From: an uncultured virus (IMG/VR IMGVR_UViG_3300029258_003476)
Lineage: Duplodnaviria > Heunggongvirae > Uroviricota > Caudoviricetes
Strand: one strand, 5' to 3'
IMG/VR virus record: IMGVR_UViG_3300029258_003476
Coordinates: 1-64,000 of that record
DNA: 64,000 nt
The notes under the pieces were generated by a model, which saw nothing but the letters and a program-made list of their open reading frames with translations, was not told the DNA's origin and did not search any database. This document shows positions 25,754-35,615 of the stretch, one piece after another (the first letter of the stretch is position 1; the number at the start of each line of letters is the position of its first letter). Both the position numbers and the translations under genes were made by a program.

Positions 25754-26409
25754 TGGACCCCATCAAAGACTTCGTCAAGTTCGCCTTTGACCAGGGTATG
25801 GGCAAGGAGGCGGTGCCGGCTTGGATGAGCAGCCCGGCCGCGAAGGCCGTCGGCACGGCCGCGGGCATCGCCTTGGCCGCCCCGATCGCCGGTGCCGCTG
25901 TCGGAGGTATCGGGGATCTGGCGGGCATGGCCTACAACGCCGTCACCAAGAAGCGCGACTTCAACCAGATGCTCGAGTTCAATCAGGACCTGCGGCAGAT
26001 GCACAAGCAGGACCCGAAGATGGTCAACGCCGCGTTCTCGACGCTGCGTCGGATCAACCCGAAGTACTCCAGGGACCCGCTCGTCGCCGGCGCGTTCGTG
26101 CGCAACCTCAACGAGGCCCCAGAAGGCGCATTCAATGCGGCGAACACGGCGGCAAGTGCTCGGATGCCCGAGACCATGCTGCAACAGGGCTACATGGGCA
26201 ACATCGGTAAGGGCACGGAGATGGGCATGAAGCACCTGACCGATGTGCCCAGAGATGACCCGACGCAGGACTACGCGCGGAAGATGCAGCTCGCCAGGGA
26301 GCAACGTCGGATGCAGATCGAGACGGATCCGAGGGCCTACAGAGGTCGCGGGGTAGGTAACGTGTCGATGAAACCGGAGTACAGCCACGCCCTGGGACGT
26401 CTTGGATGA
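25753..26409 (+). CDS. putative virion protein with a glycine-zipper segment
   Basis: TGATG overlap; MGKEA, then AAGIALAAPIAGAAVGG. Confidence 0.6.
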   Translation: MDPIKDFVKFAFDQGMGKEAVPAWMSSPAAKAVGTAAGIALAAPIAGAAVGGIGDLAGMAYNAVTKKRDFNQMLEFNQDLRQMHKQDPKMVNAAFSTLRRINPKYSRDPLVAGAFVRNLNEAPEGAFNAANTAASARMPETMLQQGYMGNIGKGTEMGMKHLTDVPRDDPTQDYARKMQLAREQRRMQIETDPRAYRGRGVGNVSMKPEYSHALGRLG

Positions 26410-29300
26410 TCAAGGCAGCCTTCTTCCCCGGCATCGATAAGCACGGGCAACACGTCTTTCCTCTGCACAACACGAGGACGGACGCGCTGTTCGAGAAGAT
26501 CGCTGCGCCGACGTTGCTGCCCGACGTGCTGGACTACATCGACCAGCTGACCCCGCAGAACAACTCGCAGTACGCGCTGCTCAACGCCATGGCGGCGGGC
26601 GAGTACTTCGGGTCCAACATCAACGGCGACTGGTTCCCTGAAGAGGCGCTCATCCACAAGCCGGACACGTGGACCGGCGTTCCCGAGTTCGATCGCGTCC
26701 TCGCGCAGAGCTGGCCGTACGGCTTCCCGACGTTCTACAACGCCGGCGTCTTCGCCCACCATCGCAACAAGGACATGACCAAGTCGTTCGGTGCCGTCGA
26801 GCTCGCCTCGTGGCACCCGGACATGAAGCGCGTCGAGCTCGTCATTCGGCTCGACAAGGAGCCGTGCTACCGCTTTGGTGGCACCGGTCTTTGGGACAAG
26901 CTCGCGGCCGGGCAGATGTTCGACGTGAGCATGGGCTGCAAGGTCCCGTTCGACACTTGTTTTCCTGCGGGCACGCTGGTGCGCACGGAGCTGGGCAACA
27001 AGCCCATCGAGCAGGTTGTCGTCGGGGAGTGCGTACTGGCTGATGGCGGGCAGTACCTGCCCGTCACTGCTGTGATGAAGAGATCAGCCGACGACTTGCT
27101 GAGGATCGTCGCATCCGGCTTGCCCGCGATCACTCCAACCAGCAACCACCCGTTTCTCATAGTACGGCGCGAGGAGGTGCGTGCCTGCAAGGGCACGGCA
27201 AACGGGCGTCGTTGTCGACACTCCCCCGACAAGAACTACGCGCGGCTTTGCCAGAGATGTGGTGCGGAGCTGCACTTCCGGATGACCTGGGCGGCTGCGG
27301 CCGACGTACGTCCGGGCGACTACATGGTGGTGCCCGCCCAACCGTCGCCCAGCCGTGTCGATGTGCCGCTGCCGCGCGCACGGATGCTCGGTTACTACTT
27401 GGGGGACGGGTACATCATCAAGCAGCGCACCGGCAAGAAGAAGGATGGCGAGTACCGCGACATGGGCGTGGGCTTTTCCGTGGGCTCCTCGGAAGAAGAG
27501 CATCTACGCCGTCTGCTTTTGACACTGGCAGAGGCCGGGCTACAGAACGAGCCATGCGTGTACGATGCGGGATGCAGCCGGAAGGCGCGCATCGTTTCTG
27601 TGTACGACCAGGAAGCGGCTGCATGGTTGCAGGAAGTGGGCGGCCGTGGAGGCCGCGGTAAGCGTCTGGACGAGCAGGTGTTCGACTGGCCGCTGGAAGC
27701 CAAGCTCGAACTCGTAGGCGCCTACATCGACACGGACGGCTCGTTTGACGAGGACAAAGGGCAGGTTCGTATCGCGTCGGTAAACCGCGGGCTGCTCTTG
27801 GACGTGCAGCGGCTACTTCTGCAGGAACGTATCACCGCAACCGTGTGCTATGCGGGGAGTGGGTCCGGCTACGAAAACAGCGATGCTTGCTGGTACTTGG
27901 TACTGGCTGCGGCACAGGCGCAGAAGTTTCTAGGTAGGTCAACCAAGGTCAAGCCCCGAGAAGTGGGCTGGGAGTCGCCGAAGTCGTTGTTCTGGGAGGG
28001 GTACTGGCTGACGCCGGTGACGTCCATTGAAGAGCTGGACGGCGAGCAGGAGGTCTACAACCTGTCGGTTGAGAAGATGGAGCAGTACGTCGCCGAAGGA
28101 CGAGTCGTCCACAACTGCTCCATCTGCCTAGACTGGCCGCTGTACCGGGAAGCCCAGGCGACGTTCGACCCCGGGGTCCACAAGCACCCCGGTCAGGCCG
28201 TCCTCGAGTTCCATCGCAAGCTCATTGCCCAGCGCGGGCAGGGCATCCGAGGTCTGGCGATCACACGCAAGGACTACTGCGTGCACGCCAAGACCATGAT
28301 GAACCGGATCTTCCCGGATGGGCGCAGGGTGTTCGTGTACAACGACTACCCTCGCTTCTTCGACATCTCGGGCGTGTTCATCGGCGCGGACAAGACCGCC
28401 AAGGCCATGCTCAAGATCGCGGAGGCGGCGGAGCGCAGCTACCACTTCTTCTGGTCTCGTCCGTCGGCGGAAGTAGCCGAGGACCTGGGGTACACAGAGG
28501 GGTGGTCGGAGAAGGCCGCGGCTGCCGTGCTCACGCCCCAGCAGCTCGCCGACGATCTACTCAAGCAAGCCTTCATGGGCAAGGGTGCCAAGCTCAAGCG
28601 CGCCGAGATCACCAAGGACGTCGTGCCCTCACAGTTCGCCGCGTCGGCGGTCCCTCTCTTGACCCACAGGGAGCCGTCGCTGTCGAACGACCTTTTGGAC
28701 CGGCTGGCGAAGAAGCCGATGCGGGACGTTCTATCTACCTCCGGCGGGCTGGGCATGGTGATGCGCCCTCGGGAGTTCCAGCGGCTCATGCTGTCCCGGC
28801 TCGGACTCGGAAGAGAAGCCGATGACCTGGACCGCCGCAACATTGTTTTTCCACGAGTCGAAGAAGAGGAAGAAGTAGGGCTGTCGAAAGAGCGATTCAG
28901 CCCACTGATAGCCAAACTGCTTCAACCCTTCTTTGACTCGCGCTCTTCTTTCGGTCCTGCAGTAGAGAAGAGGGTGACCATCATCATGGTCGGGGACCGC
29001 GGTGGAAAGAATAGACCCGCTTCCCAACTCTCCCCTCTTCTGCATAAGATAGGAGCCGCGTACAACGGGTACAGGAAGTCGCTCATGCAATTCGTCCCAG
29101 AAGCAGTTGAAGTCGGTCAACAGACCGGAGCTCCTGAAGAGCTGCACAAGTGCGCGTCCGCACCCGTTGAACAACTTTTCACCCCGCTCTCGGTGGCGTA
29201 CGTCAAGAACGCCTTTTGGGACGAGGTGGGTATCAACCAGGCACAGGCCACAACGGTCGGCGTGGAGAGGGACTACCCTCGAGGAACACGTGTGCTTTGA
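26406..29300 (+). CDS. putative prohead maturation protease precursor with an intein
   Basis: NINGDWFP, FAHHRN, VELV, DVSMGC...CSIC...YCVH; upstream of the capsid gene. Confidence 0.65.
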   Translation: MIKAAFFPGIDKHGQHVFPLHNTRTDALFEKIAAPTLLPDVLDYIDQLTPQNNSQYALLNAMAAGEYFGSNINGDWFPEEALIHKPDTWTGVPEFDRVLAQSWPYGFPTFYNAGVFAHHRNKDMTKSFGAVELASWHPDMKRVELVIRLDKEPCYRFGGTGLWDKLAAGQMFDVSMGCKVPFDTCFPAGTLVRTELGNKPIEQVVVGECVLADGGQYLPVTAVMKRSADDLLRIVASGLPAITPTSNHPFLIVRREEVRACKGTANGRRCRHSPDKNYARLCQRCGAELHFRMTWAAAADVRPGDYMVVPAQPSPSRVDVPLPRARMLGYYLGDGYIIKQRTGKKKDGEYRDMGVGFSVGSSEEEHLRRLLLTLAEAGLQNEPCVYDAGCSRKARIVSVYDQEAAAWLQEVGGRGGRGKRLDEQVFDWPLEAKLELVGAYIDTDGSFDEDKGQVRIASVNRGLLLDVQRLLLQERITATVCYAGSGSGYENSDACWYLVLAAAQAQKFLGRSTKVKPREVGWESPKSLFWEGYWLTPVTSIEELDGEQEVYNLSVEKMEQYVAEGRVVHNCSICLDWPLYREAQATFDPGVHKHPGQAVLEFHRKLIAQRGQGIRGLAITRKDYCVHAKTMMNRIFPDGRRVFVYNDYPRFFDISGVFIGADKTAKAMLKIAEAAERSYHFFWSRPSAEVAEDLGYTEGWSEKAAAAVLTPQQLADDLLKQAFMGKGAKLKRAEITKDVVPSQFAASAVPLLTHREPSLSNDLLDRLAKKPMRDVLSTSGGLGMVMRPREFQRLMLSRLGLGREADDLDRRNIVFPRVEEEEEVGLSKERFSPLIAKLLQPFFDSRSSFGPAVEKRVTIIMVGDRGGKNRPASQLSPLLHKIGAAYNGYRKSLMQFVPEAVEVGQQTGAPEELHKCASAPVEQLFTPLSVAYVKNAFWDEVGINQAQATTVGVERDYPRGTRVL
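26958..28115 (+). mobile_element. intein with LAGLIDADG homing endonuclease (386 aa)
   Basis: CFPAGTLVRT; TSNHPF; LGYYLGDG and GAYIDTDGS; VYNLSVE...VVHN followed by Cys. Confidence 0.92.
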
Positions 29301-29326
29301 TTCGAATCCAGTGAAGGAGTGAAGAC

Positions 29327-30208
29327 ATGAACGAGTTCCTCGCACAGTACTTCGGTACGAACGCCACCCCGGACATGATCGAAGAGCAGACGAAGCAGGC
29401 CGAGGCCGAGACCTTCGTCCAGCTCGCCAAGGAGGCCGGGGTGCCCCTGCACCAGATGACCGACGCGCAGATCGCCGAGCTCTACGAGCACGTCATGGGC
29501 AAGACCGCCTCTGACGACGGCGATGAGGACGACGAAGAGGAGAAGAAGCGCAAGGCGGCCGAGGAGTACGCGTCCAAGAAGGAATCCCACGTCAAGTTCG
29601 CCGAGGCCACCGAGATGGGTCAGATCATGGCCCACAGCTTCTGGAACGAGCTCGGTGAGATCGAGAAAGAAGCCGGGCGCGGCAGCGAGTTCCTCAACAA
29701 GGCCAAGGGCAAGGCCATGCGCATTGGCGGAACTGCGGCAGGCTACGGGGCTGAGGCTCTTTCTGCCCTTACCGGAAGCACCGGACGCAGCAAGGCCAAG
29801 CTCCTCAAGGAGCTCAAGGGTCGCACTGGCCACGTTCCGGGCGGCGCGAAGATCGAGAAGAACCTCGCCAAGGAGATCGCGGCCCACAAGGCCCGTTCTC
29901 TCAAGGCTCGCCTTGCCGCTGGAGGCGGCGCTGCGGCCCTCGGCGGCACGGGTTACGCTCTCGCCGGTCGCGAGAAGGATTCGGCGGCGGCGCTCAACGA
30001 GCTCGCTCTCGAGCTTGCCGTCGAGAAGTGCGCGTCCGCCGGCTGGGATGCTGATGAGGCGTCGACGCGCATCGTTTCCGCCATCAACCTCGATCTCGTC
30101 GACGAGGACAACACCAAGATCGCGTATGCGAACGACGTCGACGGCGCCGTCGAGATTCGTTCGTTGGAGCTCATCGAAGCGGCCGGCTACCCGGTCACGT
30201 GGGAGTAA
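29327..30208 (+). CDS. putative scaffold or internal head protein
   Basis: AAGGAG RBS; many KxA motifs; acidic tract. Confidence 0.6.
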   Translation: MNEFLAQYFGTNATPDMIEEQTKQAEAETFVQLAKEAGVPLHQMTDAQIAELYEHVMGKTASDDGDEDDEEEKKRKAAEEYASKKESHVKFAEATEMGQIMAHSFWNELGEIEKEAGRGSEFLNKAKGKAMRIGGTAAGYGAEALSALTGSTGRSKAKLLKELKGRTGHVPGGAKIEKNLAKEIAAHKARSLKARLAAGGGAAALGGTGYALAGREKDSAAALNELALELAVEKCASAGWDADEASTRIVSAINLDLVDEDNTKIAYANDVDGAVEIRSLELIEAAGYPVTWE

Positions 30209-30231
30209 GGGCGAGCCCTTAGGAACACCCA

Positions 30232-31773
30232 ATGGCAGCGACAGGAGTAGGCATGGTCAACAACCCGGAAGGCACCGCTCAGGTGGCGCCGACCGCGACC
30301 ATGTCTCCCCTGCCTGCAGTTCAAGTACCGACCACACCTGCTCCCAAGCTGACGGCTGATCTCAGCAAGAAGCCGGGGAGCGCGCAGGTCGGGGCTCGAA
30401 CCAACTACTCCCGAGTGAACACCGGTGCCCCGATGGCCTCTGATGCAGGAGAGAGTTCTCAGAAGTCACTTCAGCCGAAGATGGCCGGGGCGTTTTTCAA
30501 GTCGCAAAGTGAGGTTCCTATGACACACGCAGCTGCACGTCCGACGCTTCAGCAGATGTTGAAGCACGCGATGGCAGGGGCAACGTCTGCGATCGACTCT
30601 GGTCAGATCGCTGCCGCGGCTCGTTCGCAGCTCGAGGTCGGAGGGAACCGGAAGGAGGCGAGCGCGCCTCCGGAGGGCCAGCCGATCTCACGAGAGTACG
30701 CGCACAAGCTCGCCTCTGCTGTCGACTACTACGCCGAAGTGACGTTCGGTAAGGTAGCGCAGGACGCACCCACGTCGCCGGGTCACGGACCTGGCGCACT
30801 CGACGTCACCGAGTCCATGGATGGCCCGCCCATCAGTGAGGACTCTGGGCAGGCGACGTCGGGCAACCAACCGCCCATGAACCCAGGCACCGGCAAGGTG
30901 GCTCCCAATGCCGTCGATGCCGCTACCGCCCTGGACAACGATGCAGACCACCGGCCTGGCGCCGACGCGGAGAAGTCCTGGTCTCCTGACGGGGACAGCA
31001 CTCGCTTCTCGAAGGTCTCGCAGATCGAGCGCATTCGGAAACTCGCCGCTGGGCGCGTCGTCGATGAGCAGAGGCAGCAGGCCATGGGACGCATCATGGC
31101 CACCGCCGAGGAAAAGCTCGATCGAGACCGCGCACGGGCGGGAGAGAAGTCCTACGTCCCCTTTGAGGGCAAGAAGGGTCGCAACGCTCCGAAGCCCTCC
31201 GCTGCTCCGAAGCCCTCCGCTCCGAAGCCGTCGGCCGCCCCCAAGGTCAAGCCGTCGGATGTGAGGAAGGGCGTGGGCATCGTCGAGCGTATCCGCAACA
31301 TGAGCGGACGCAACAAGGCGCTTGCTGGGGCCGCTCTCGGACTCGGTACTCTTGGGGCCGGGTACGGGGCGTACCGGGCTCTTTCGGGCAAAGAGAAGGC
31401 CGCGTCTTCGCAGATCGGTCTCATCCGCAAGCTCGCGGAAGACGCGATCAACCCTGCGCACATCACGGCTGCGCACAACGCTCCCGAGCCCCAGACGCTC
31501 GAGGCGTCCGACCCCGGGCCGTCCGGGGAGAACAAGGGGATGCTTCCGACCACTCCTGAGGGCGTCGCAGACGCCACCAAGCGGTCGGTCAAGGCCCCCT
31601 TCGTGAAGAAGGACATGCCGGACTACGTCGACGAGCCTGCTTTCTCGGCGCCTCACGACAAGGTCTTGCAGAACGCCTTCGCCAAGACGGACGAGTCCGG
31701 TGCGAAGATCTCTTCGATCGACGCGACCTCGGCCGCCCGCGCGCTCTTCAACCGACTGGCAGAGGAGGCCTGA
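30232..31773 (+). CDS. putative internal head protein (may start at 30520)
   Basis: KxA motifs; PKPSAAPKPSAPKPSAAPK repeat; Gly-zipper. Confidence 0.6.
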   Translation: MAATGVGMVNNPEGTAQVAPTATMSPLPAVQVPTTPAPKLTADLSKKPGSAQVGARTNYSRVNTGAPMASDAGESSQKSLQPKMAGAFFKSQSEVPMTHAAARPTLQQMLKHAMAGATSAIDSGQIAAAARSQLEVGGNRKEASAPPEGQPISREYAHKLASAVDYYAEVTFGKVAQDAPTSPGHGPGALDVTESMDGPPISEDSGQATSGNQPPMNPGTGKVAPNAVDAATALDNDADHRPGADAEKSWSPDGDSTRFSKVSQIERIRKLAAGRVVDEQRQQAMGRIMATAEEKLDRDRARAGEKSYVPFEGKKGRNAPKPSAAPKPSAPKPSAAPKVKPSDVRKGVGIVERIRNMSGRNKALAGAALGLGTLGAGYGAYRALSGKEKAASSQIGLIRKLAEDAINPAHITAAHNAPEPQTLEASDPGPSGENKGMLPTTPEGVADATKRSVKAPFVKKDMPDYVDEPAFSAPHDKVLQNAFAKTDESGAKISSIDATSAARALFNRLAEEA

Positions 31774-31774
31774 C

Positions 31775-32137
31775 ATGCAACCCAAGTTCAGCGCAGCCGA
31801 AGCCAAGTACATGCTGAAGACCGCTGCCCAGACCATCCGGGCTCTATCGGATGAGAACACTGCCCTTCGTACGAAGGTGGCCAACATGGAGCAGCACGAG
31901 CGCTCCACGAAGCTCGCCGAGCAGATGCACGCGAAGGGCATCGATCGTGACGTGCCCGTCGACCGGCTGGCTGACAACCTCGACCAGATGGCCGAACAGG
32001 GCAAGTTTGCGGAGTATCAACGCGCCGTGGAGATGGTCGGCCCCGACATGGGTGTCGGCATGGCTCTCCGGGGCGAGGGAACTGAAACAGGGTCGTCTGA
32101 CCAGCTGACTTCTTGGCTGACCGGTCAGATCGACTGA
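31775..32137 (+). CDS. putative scaffold-like coiled protein
   Basis: GGAGG RBS; upstream of the capsid genes. Confidence 0.6.
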   Translation: MQPKFSAAEAKYMLKTAAQTIRALSDENTALRTKVANMEQHERSTKLAEQMHAKGIDRDVPVDRLADNLDQMAEQGKFAEYQRAVEMVGPDMGVGMALRGEGTETGSSDQLTSWLTGQID

Positions 32138-32162
32138 TTGCTCGTGACCTGGAGGATCCAGA

Positions 32163-32702
32163 ATGAGTGTTGCAAAGGTCAATTTCGAGCTGAAGTCGGA
32201 CCTCATGGCCGTTCAGCGTCGAGACATCCCCGTTGCGGACAAGAACCTCACCAACCCGTACCACGCGGCAGCGTTGTTCGATGGTGAGTGGCTGACGATC
32301 AATGCCGCTGGCAAGCTCGTCAGGTCCGCCGACATCACACAGGCTGCAGGCACCGCCGCCGCAGGCGACGCCGTGTACCTGTCCTGCCCGCTCTTCGCCG
32401 AGCGCGGCCGCTACGACGTTCGCGCGAACGCCGAGAACAAGATGCCGGTCTTCTGGCTCGCCAACGAGCAGTACGAAGCGCAGACCCGCATCTTCGACGC
32501 CGCCCTTGGGGCAGGCATCACCGCTGTCGGTCAGCCTCTCAAGGTGGCCGTCATCGAGCTCACGACCAACGGAGCGACTCGCAAGTACTCGGGACTCATG
32601 CGCCACGGCGGGGCCGGCGATGCCGCGCCCGTCTTCGGGTACGTCACCAAGTTGCCGACGAACGGCTGGCTCCGGTTCAAGTCTGGAACCCGCAACTTCT
32701 GA
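32163..32702 (+). CDS. putative capsid decoration protein
   Basis: Beta-rich, directly upstream of the major capsid gene. Confidence 0.5.
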   Translation: MSVAKVNFELKSDLMAVQRRDIPVADKNLTNPYHAAALFDGEWLTINAAGKLVRSADITQAAGTAAAGDAVYLSCPLFAERGRYDVRANAENKMPVFWLANEQYEAQTRIFDAALGAGITAVGQPLKVAVIELTTNGATRKYSGLMRHGGAGDAAPVFGYVTKLPTNGWLRFKSGTRNF

Positions 32703-32744
32703 TGACCGGGACGATCCCAGGGTTTCAGTGAAAGGAGATACAAG

Positions 32745-33869
32745 ATGAGCGTTCCGGCACGTGTCCTCAATGAGATGTTCATGAACAAGATCTCGAGCCC
32801 CGAGGGCCGAGAGAAGGCCGCCGAGTACGGTGGGTCCTACGTTCGTGACCGCCTGCGCGAAGTCGCGTACTCGCGCAAGGTGATCCCCCCGCAAAACGTC
32901 ACCCGCGCCGACTGCCAGCGGTCCGTCAACCATGACACCCTCGTGAAGATCGTGGACATCGAGCCGCAGAGCCGCGCCATGGCGATGACCTTCCGGGGTC
33001 AGCCCGAGGCCCGGTTCATCCGTGGTGAGCGTTTCGAAGTCGCCTTCTTCACCATCTCTTCGGAGATGTTCCAGAAGACGGAACAGGAACTGTCCGCCTA
33101 CGAGATGCCCATCACCAAGATCATCGAAGAGAACTCGGTGAAGGACATCCAGGAGATCGAGGACCGCGAGTTCACGCTTCACATCGAAGCGGCGGTTCAG
33201 GCTCTCCAGCAGGAGGCCAATGGCGGCGTCGTCAAGACCCTCGACTCCGTGCAGATCGCTGCCGGCAACGTCGTCGAGTTCTCCGTCCGCAAGGGCGAGC
33301 TCGCGCGTCAGGCCGCTGGCGTCCCGAACCAGACGGTTCTTCCGCTTCAGCGGCCCGACCTGGTCAACCTCTTCAAGATGCTCGACGGCAACCGCCTTCG
33401 CTCCGACCGCATCTTGCTGACGGAAGTCGACTGGGACGACATCCTGCAGTGGACGGTCGAGGACTTCGGCGACAAGCTCCAGTCCGAGACGACGACCGAC
33501 GGGTACAAGTACAACTTGCTGCTCGGCCGCGCGTACATCCGCACGATCAAGACGGACATCCTCCGTCCGGGCAACCTGTACGTGTTCACCAAGCCGGACT
33601 TCTTCGGGAAGTTCTACATCCTCAACAACACCAAGTTCTACATCGACAAGGTGGCCAACAACATCTTCTGGCAGGCGTGGGAAGACATCGCCATGTGCGC
33701 TGCGAACATCGCCTCCGTCCGGAAGATGGAGTTGTACTCTGCCGACGCGACGTCGAACGACGCACAGGGTCTCCTGACCAACTTCGTGCCGGTGGACGAG
33801 GACGCGCTCGGTGCGGTCAACAACCGCGTGGACCAGGGCCTGAAGTTCCCGCAGATCGACTCCTTCTGA
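32745..33869 (+). CDS. major capsid protein (HK97-like, inferred)
   Basis: Strong RBS, strong codon bias, position; VRDRLRE..YSRKVIPP, KDIQEIEDREF; followed by a terminator hairpin. Confidence 0.75.
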   Translation: MSVPARVLNEMFMNKISSPEGREKAAEYGGSYVRDRLREVAYSRKVIPPQNVTRADCQRSVNHDTLVKIVDIEPQSRAMAMTFRGQPEARFIRGERFEVAFFTISSEMFQKTEQELSAYEMPITKIIEENSVKDIQEIEDREFTLHIEAAVQALQQEANGGVVKTLDSVQIAAGNVVEFSVRKGELARQAAGVPNQTVLPLQRPDLVNLFKMLDGNRLRSDRILLTEVDWDDILQWTVEDFGDKLQSETTTDGYKYNLLLGRAYIRTIKTDILRPGNLYVFTKPDFFGKFYILNNTKFYIDKVANNIFWQAWEDIAMCAANIASVRKMELYSADATSNDAQGLLTNFVPVDEDALGAVNNRVDQGLKFPQIDSF

Positions 33870-33901
33870 TCAGCGGGCCCACGCGCATAGCGTGGTATCA
33901 T

Positions 33902-33942
33902 GGAGAGCGTCGGTGCCGGCAGATGGTGCCGGCGCTCTTTCC
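33902..33942 (+). terminator. hairpin terminator after the capsid gene
   Basis: GAGAGCGTCGGTGCC...GGTGCCGGCGCTCTTT. Confidence 0.5.
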
Positions 33943-33956
33943 ATTGGAGGGAAGCT

Positions 33957-34625
33957 ATGGAGCAGTTCTTGTTGGTGAACACATCGCGCGGTCGTCATAC
34001 ACGTACGGCGCGGGCGACCAACCCGACGCACAAGGGGTTGGCGCAAAAGCTCGACAACGGGGTGCGTGTGCTGAGGGGAAGGCCCACGCCCGTCGGGCTC
34101 GAGACTCTCAAGAAGATCCTGCCCGACGTGCTCAGGCGAGAGTTGGTCGGCATCCTTGAGGTACGATCGATGGACGGCAGGCGGGTCAGGTTCAAGGAGG
34201 ACGGCTCGTTCTCTGTCGACCCGGCCCCAAAGCCCCCGCCGATCCCGTTCGCATCTGATGGGGGGATGAAAGTCGACCTCATTGGTAAGGAGCAGATGGA
34301 GCACTTCGATGCGAAGAGCATCGGCGAAGAGGCGGACATCACGGGCGACCTCGATCTGCCGAAGCCCGCCATTGCCTCTCGGGAGAAGATCGTCGATGAG
34401 GATCTCGACGAGCTCAAGCTGCCACCGGCGCACGGCAGTGATACGATGCCGGCGACGAGTCAGGAAGACGAGGACAGCGCTGAGGCCTTCGAGGCTGAAG
34501 CGGAGGAATCCGAGGAGGCCGAAGAGGAAGAGCCCGAACAGCCGGCGGAGCAGGAGAAGCCGGATCCAGCGAGGGCCCGATCCACCAAGCGGCAGTCTCG
34601 AAAGGCGCGTAGAAGGAGCAGCTGA
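33957..34625 (+). CDS. hypothetical protein
   Basis: GGAGG RBS before MEQFLL. Confidence 0.6.
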   Translation: MEQFLLVNTSRGRHTRTARATNPTHKGLAQKLDNGVRVLRGRPTPVGLETLKKILPDVLRRELVGILEVRSMDGRRVRFKEDGSFSVDPAPKPPPIPFASDGGMKVDLIGKEQMEHFDAKSIGEEADITGDLDLPKPAIASREKIVDEDLDELKLPPAHGSDTMPATSQEDEDSAEAFEAEAEESEEAEEEEPEQPAEQEKPDPARARSTKRQSRKARRRSS

Positions 34626-35119
34626 TGTCGCTAGAAGGAATCCCCGGGATGTCGCGCACGTTCATCATGTTCGTGCACCAAGTTCGGGTGTTCCTTCGCG
34701 ACTACCCCGAGCTCAATCGGTTGGTGCGGGGCGTCGAGTCGTCGGATCGTCAGATTGCTTGGGCGGTCATGGACGCCGTCGAGGACTTCAACGGCACCCC
34801 GCACTTTACCGAGTACACGCTCGAGCAGCTTCTCGCGAAGCACCAGGGGCACCTTCTCACGCGGATGACCGCCATCAACTTGATCGAGTCGGTGGGGCTG
34901 CTTCAAACGCGCAACCACATCAACTACAGTGACGGTGGTTTGAACGTCGGCGCCAACGACAAGACGGGTCTTCTGATGAACTGGTTGCAGCTCTTCAAGA
35001 ACGAAACAGAGCAGAAGAAGACCAGGGCCAAGGTCGGCATGAACATCGAGGACGCCATGGATTCGTACGGAGTGGCGAGCGAGTACTGGGCGACGAATGC
35101 CACGTACGCGAGCTATTGA
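34625..35119 (+). CDS. putative head-tail connector or neck protein
   Basis: VRVFLRDYP...NYSDGGLNV; position after the capsid gene. Confidence 0.55.
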   Translation: MSLEGIPGMSRTFIMFVHQVRVFLRDYPELNRLVRGVESSDRQIAWAVMDAVEDFNGTPHFTEYTLEQLLAKHQGHLLTRMTAINLIESVGLLQTRNHINYSDGGLNVGANDKTGLLMNWLQLFKNETEQKKTRAKVGMNIEDAMDSYGVASEYWATNATYASY

Positions 35120-35153
35120 CCGGAGCATTCTCGACGAGAACTGAGGCAAGGAC

Positions 35154-35615
35154 ATGGCATTCAAGACGCGCAAGTTCAGCAGCATGTTGCACATGGACAC
35201 GTTCCTGAACGGTGGAATCATCTGCGGAAACAACAAGGCTGTGCAGGGGATCGAGGGGCTCGTCGGCAAGACCCTTACGTTCACCGCCCCCGCCGGCGCT
35301 GTTACGTTCGCTGCGGTACCCGGCCGGAACAACCCGAACAAGCTCCTCGTCGAGGACATCCATGCTCAGATCGCGGCCGTGCCTGCCCTGGGGGACGTGG
35401 TGGTCTTCGCCGTGGACGGGTGCGTGGCCTTTGGGAGGAGCACGCCAGGGCAAGTTGTCGCGCTTTCCGCTGGGCCGGAGGATTCTCGCCCCTTGCTCGG
35501 CCTGTCCAGGAGTGGGGCGGTCAGCGGCGTCGTCCACAACCCACCCACCACCGTTCCGTACGTGTTCTGGATGCATGAGACGAACGGGGCCTGGGTCGTC
35601 TGCACCGTGGAGTGA
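35154..35615 (+). CDS. hypothetical structural protein
   Basis: Position; beta-rich. Confidence 0.6.
   Translation: MAFKTRKFSSMLHMDTFLNGGIICGNNKAVQGIEGLVGKTLTFTAPAGAVTFAAVPGRNNPNKLLVEDIHAQIAAVPALGDVVVFAVDGCVAFGRSTPGQVVALSAGPEDSRPLLGLSRSGAVSGVVHNPPTTVPYVFWMHETNGAWVVCTVE

Noticed and set aside
23759..26405. Portal protein in its usual place after the terminase
   Set aside because: No ORF here has recognisable portal features; it probably lies outside the window
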